A stretch of DNA of 40,502 bases, taken from positions 61,682,047 through 61,722,548 of the forward strand of contig NC_068989.1 in NCBI RefSeq assembly GCF_001194135.2, read 5' to 3'. This document shows, piece by piece, positions 35,076 to 40,502 of the stretch. The translations under genes were made by a program, and so were the position numbers. The stretch is from Octopus bimaculoides. Its lineage: Eukaryota. The notes under the pieces are model-generated. The model was given only the letters and a program-made list of their open reading frames with translations. It had not been told where the DNA came from and made no database searches. Each line of letters begins with the position of its first letter. The first letter of the stretch is position 1.

Positions 35076-36668
35076 AAAAACAATTTTTACTACTACTATC
35101 ACCAGCACGATGACGTTATCATAATTTATGTGTGCATGTATGTTAAGAAAATATCGTATGAACAAATTTCACTAAATGTAAAATAATACGTATAAATAAT
35201 TCACTTTCTATTCATGCTTTCCTATAGATTATTCCTGTTGGGTCAAAATTGAAAACCATCAATGAAATATATAACAGCAGCTACAACATGTTTGAATGTT
35301 TCTATATGCATGCATATGAAAGAGTGTATGTTAACGTTCAAGTATGTTTATGTAAGATGATGGAAGATAATTGTTCGATTTGCGTATAATCCCTACAACA
35401 TAATCTTCATTGTTAGTTTTAGAAAATGTCATTATGAAATGGCATCACTCCAGTTCTTATAGAATTATATTATTTATAGAATGAAAAAAAAAAAAAACGG
35501 AAATGTTTCTGAATTGTGTTTGTTATTTGTTGCAGACAACATTGGAAGAATGTTTATTGTTTTGAATTATTATTCTTCAAGATAATATTCTTTACTTTCA
35601 TAATACTTCCTGCATTCAGTATATTAGACACTCTGCAATTTGAGTAGCAGGATTTCTATTTCTCAGTGCATGAGTATAATCATTCGAGTAACTATTTCAT
35701 GTATAAATGTGGTCCAATGTTTTTATCTGTCATTGTGAGTTGGGTCTTGTAATTATGACATACTATGAAAAATAGTGTGCTGCATAGACTGTAAGCTCTG
35801 TTTTATATGCCGGTGTTGCTGAGGGAAACAATATTCTATGAATCAGTTGACGAACTTACAATGGTAATTTTAGATTATCCCATAATTTGAAAAAAGGTTA
35901 AAGCACAGCATATTTTAAATACATTTATAACTATCTCGTTCTAAATGCAATGTAATATTTAACAGGAGTAAGACTTGTTAATGATTCGTTTGAAGACTGA
36001 ATCAACCTCTGATATAAAACTATGTCTGTAGATATTAACAGAAAAGAATTAAAGGAAGAAAGACATGATGGAGGGCATATATTTCGATCGAATTCATTTA
36101 CGATAAAATGATGTATATTGTTGATGTAAATTAAATAATTTCAGTGTAACGACAAATTTTCATATGCAAAAAGTAAAACGATATACCCTCAACGCGAATG
36201 ACCAACGCATATTTTGACTGTTCATGGTATTAGATGAAAGTATGATTTTTGGCGTCAACAATGTGTGTTTCATAGATGCTGACGCTCGAATAATAATATA
36301 TATAACGGTGAGAAGAACAAAAGCTTTAAGGCTTTGAAGTGAATGTACAAATAAAACGTAAATCTGAACTTATATGAACGTAGGAGAACTGAAGGAAGAA
36401 ATTTGCGGACATAATCAGCAGCAAAATGATTGTAAATTATAGACTAATAAACATCAATGGGGCATCACCAAATTCAGACATTAACTAGCTAACCACTAAC
36501 TAATATAATCTTACCCTCTAATTTGATATATCATGACGTTATAAAGGACTGAATTACTAATTTAAAAGGTGTCAATGTCTCAAATATACACCAGTATTTA
36601 TCTGCAGCACAATCACACGAAACATACATTTGTCTAATATGCATACATATATGAGTACAACACACACA

Positions 36669-36700
<32 letters not shown>

Positions 36701-39700
36701 TAATTATATATACATTTACACACACACATATGCATATATTATACATAAACATTCATGTATACACTTACATAACAAGTATACATGCATATAGATACGCATA
36801 TATATATATATATATATATAAACATATTGATACATGCATTAATATATATATATACACATTCGCACACTCACACACACACAGACACACAAACACACACACA
36901 TATCCGTATGTATAAATGTGTAAATGCGTTTCGTGATGTGCTTATATGTGTGTGGTCTGTGTACTTGTGGGCGAGTTATATTGTTTCTGCAACACACATA
37001 AACTCGCACGTAGACACACATAAGCAAACGCATACACACACACAAACATGTATAGGTTCTCAGATTCTCCTCCCGCATTACATAATATATATTATTGTGG
37101 AAGTCATAAATTTAGAGAAATCAATCGATTACAGACTGTGCACAGATTGCTTTCTTTGATCATCAAATGCAACGCCTTTCAGAGACCAAGAAGTAATTAA
37201 GAAATTAGCAGCAATAGAATCTAAATTAGTTATCAAAAGAATATTTACTTTGTAATTTGTAAAGTTAAATTATTCCTAAAAGCTACAATATAGAAAATAG
37301 TAATCGATTTAAGCATGTCCAAACTTAAAATGTATTCGACACTTTATATACTTGTGAGTGTTAGCAAGAACACGGAACCTTTCTTTGATTGGTCATCTAG
37401 AAATTTTGTGGCTTCCTTTCTCTTTACTGCAGAAGTCTGACATTTCTGAATTCGAATGCTGCACGCTTTATATATGATTAATTACTGAGGATTGGTTCAT
37501 TTTTTTTGTTTTCAATTATCAAGAAGACAGTCTATCATTTCATGAAATCAATGCTTTGGATGAATATTTTAAAGATACTTTTTACTATTATGTTTTCGTT
37601 CGATAGGTTAATGTTTGGTATCATTTCTAGAAGAATTCCCCATCCACAACCTGTTGATGTAAAACATCCTGATGTAAAGTTTTATAAATTAAAAGTATTG
37701 GTTGTTGTGAATATTATATTTTTATTAGCTAATTTGAAGTTTGTTTGTTTCTAATTGTGTTTATATTGCCTTCTTTTTTCATTTTAATATCAAGTTTGGT
37801 ATTTCTATTTTGCAACGAATCTCCCTCCGTCACCTTTAAGAACGGTATACTGAAAATGTTTTTTCGGTCCTATGTGCAAACACCAAATTATATATTACAC
37901 TGTTTTCGATAACTGAAGGAGGTAAAATAATTATGTCCTTACTTTTGTTATGATCGATAAGCAAATTGAGCCATCATTTAAGAAACAAATTTCCTTAGAA
38001 TTATATTTAATTCTATATAAAATGGTGAACAATTGTTGAGTAATCCTTTCACTTCTAAGAATATAGAATATAGAACATAGTAAACCTTTCAATTCTGAGA
38101 ATATATCGCCCTTTTCTTTTTGTATGAGTTATACTAAAGCTATAATTGAATTTATTTCATTATAAAACTAAATACTCATCACGGATTCTAATTTGAATAT
38201 TTAGCTTTGTGGTTTTGCAACTTAAGTTTGTATCATGAATTACTAGTAAACCTAACTTTACGTAGAATTATGTATATAAAACAGAAATTAGTACATTGAA
38301 ATTACTACGTGAAACATGAATTGTAGTGCAGAATAAGAAGTGCATTCAAACGAACTCTGTTCCGTTGTTTATAACACATCAGCTAATCAGTATGTTAGAT
38401 TCAGTAGCCATGAAAGTGTTCTTTCTGCTTTCAGCTACTATTAACGCCGGAATGAAAAGCTCTTCCCAGAACTACATAACTAATCACCCAACTACTTCAA
38501 CATCCTCTGTATTTCTTCGACTTGTTCCGAATTGGTACGAGATAAATAGCTGAATATTTATAATAGACTAGTGATATCGTTTATAAATATCCGTCCACAT
38601 ATATTTATCTGTATATATATTCCTACAGATAAACAAATTAAACATCATGTGCCGACGATATATTCAAGAGTTGTGACCGCTGATCCTATCAATGAAAAAG
38701 AGGCTCATAAATATATACATTGTTTGTCGAAGTGCTTAGGACAGAAAGGGTAACTTAAAAAGTGTAGGAATTCAAAGCTGATCTAATAATAAGTAAATCA
38801 TGTGATCATAAAATCGATTGCTTCAATAATGTATACATTTATCAGAAAACGTGGACCATTCTGCCAGATATTATAAATCATATCTACGATTTTATATCTG
38901 TCAAATAGAATTTTAAGACGATACTTTTTTCCAGAATATGTGCCAGTGTTAATGGAATATAATCAACTCATTTGTGGAAAATTATGCTGTGCATGGCTTC
39001 TTGTATATTCATAAGTACGTATAGTCAAACTGATAGTCATATATACACGCACGCTGCACGCTCGCATATACAAACTCATATTTAATAATGCATGTTTTCA
39101 TCTATCTATGTGTCTGTTTTTCTTTTTATCTGTCTATCTGTGTAGTTCTCTATTTCGCCAGCTATGTATCTATACATACATTTATCAACATACATGTACA
39201 TATAAACAAGTGTATGTGCATGTATGTATATGTATATATATGCATGTGTGCGTGCGTGTGTGTGAGTATGTGTGTGTATGTGTTTGTGTGCATAAAATAT
39301 ATATGAACTGATTTAAGCAACTTGACATCTGTCCAAAAACATACCATATTGGAATGAAAAATAGCCTGAAGAATTATAGAAACATCGTTTTGGGGTCATG
39401 CGTTATCAGTCAAGTGCCACATAGTTTCATGTTCTTTATTTCCCCCGGCAGAACAGCTTATATGGAAAACAAATAAAAAAAAAACCCTTTCATAGATATC
39501 TGTAAATCGAATGCAAAGTGATATCGATTCGAATTAGTATTGTAGGTTAGATATGTTCTGTATAGAAGACCATACTCTTTGCAAGTAGTATGTCATGTCA
39601 CTGGAGATCTATGTATATTTTTTTCCTACTTATATGGAGAATGACGACGTCGTATGAGGTTGGGAGGTATGTTCTTGACTTCATGCAATATTATGTTAGT

Positions 39701-40502
39701 AAACGATTTTATTGCAAATAAAATTAGTATATGGAGTATATAAGCCTTAAAATCTTAAATACAAATAGATATTCATAACATAGAAACATTTAGGACTATT
39801 ACAGTTTTATTCATCTCTGTATGTTAGTGGCATTTATATCACTGACTACGGAATGCTGGAAAGTTAATCCTTTCTGGAATGGTTTCATAAAAAATCTGAA
39901 TATAAAGTAGTGAAACTAAATAGGCGAAAGTGTGTAGTTCGGCGCTCAACTAACTGCTCCAACTAAATACTGAATTTTTACACACAGGCAATGTTAAAGA
40001 TCCTTTGGGCTACTCCATTCTCAAGTAGTCTGACTAGTTCCTGTTTTAACCACACTATATGCGTATCAGTTTAAATTAAATGCAGATGAATTTGAACAAA
40101 AAAGGAGCGGGTTTTAACTAAAAACTGTAAAGAAGAATGTTATTCCATCTACTGAATCTCCCAATCAAAAGCAATTCTATCACTCAGAAAAAGAAACATA
40201 GCATCTAAAGTAAGCATTGCAAAAATAGAAATCAGATAGTTATGGCCTTAAGGTTTGATAATTATGTAACATTTCACAGTATTATGTTAAATATATGGCA
40301 GTCGGTTCTCAGAAAGTCATTGACTCTACTTGAAGAAATTTGTCATCAGCTAGAATCTTTTTATCCCAGGAAATCAATACGCTATTAACTATATGATTTG
40401 ATCCATTTCCACATTAACAGTAATAGATATAGGTTAAAATATTGATTTAAATTATAAATGTACACACACACACACACACATATATATACATATATATATA
40501 TA

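Noticed and set aside
35714-37504. PMFLSVIVSWV (35714-35752) and TEDWFIF (37484-37504), resembling Cys-loop M1 and M3 fragments
   Set aside because: They are on the wrong strand for the receptor, are bounded by stops and lack SFW or FVF/EFA continuations.

Overview
This is AT-rich, microsatellite-dense eukaryotic genomic DNA with nine N-gaps (4431-5158, 9081-9331, 11071-11276, 14111-14694, 18846-19518, 21220-21400, 23537-24164, 27919-28738, 29360-29778; about 4.5 kb in total). The SINE families look like those I recall from Octopus, so a coleoid cephalopod source is likely (inference, not a database hit). Only one coding segment is recognisable: the terminal exon (28936-29235, minus strand) of a GABA-A-like Cys-loop receptor subunit, encoding the end of the M3-M4 loop and M4. 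I found no M1-M3 or extracellular-domain exons, so the rest of the gene probably lies to the right of the window. Almost all other ORFs in the supplied track are artefacts of microsatellites, N-gaps or repeats. The rest is transposon debris: many tRNA-derived SINE copies, a 116-bp-arm fold-back MITE, a GG-terminated TIR element with an 8-bp TSD that carries head-to-head telomere-like repeats, an R4/Dong-type endonuclease remnant in a possible twin-priming arrangement, and a probable Penelope-like remnant. A higher-order minisatellite built from Rel/NFAT-like sites lies in the receptor's presumed last intron. Several exon-like islands may belong to an unannotated gene but are unproven. I see no firm evidence of a new biological system; the best leads are listed as testable hypotheses.
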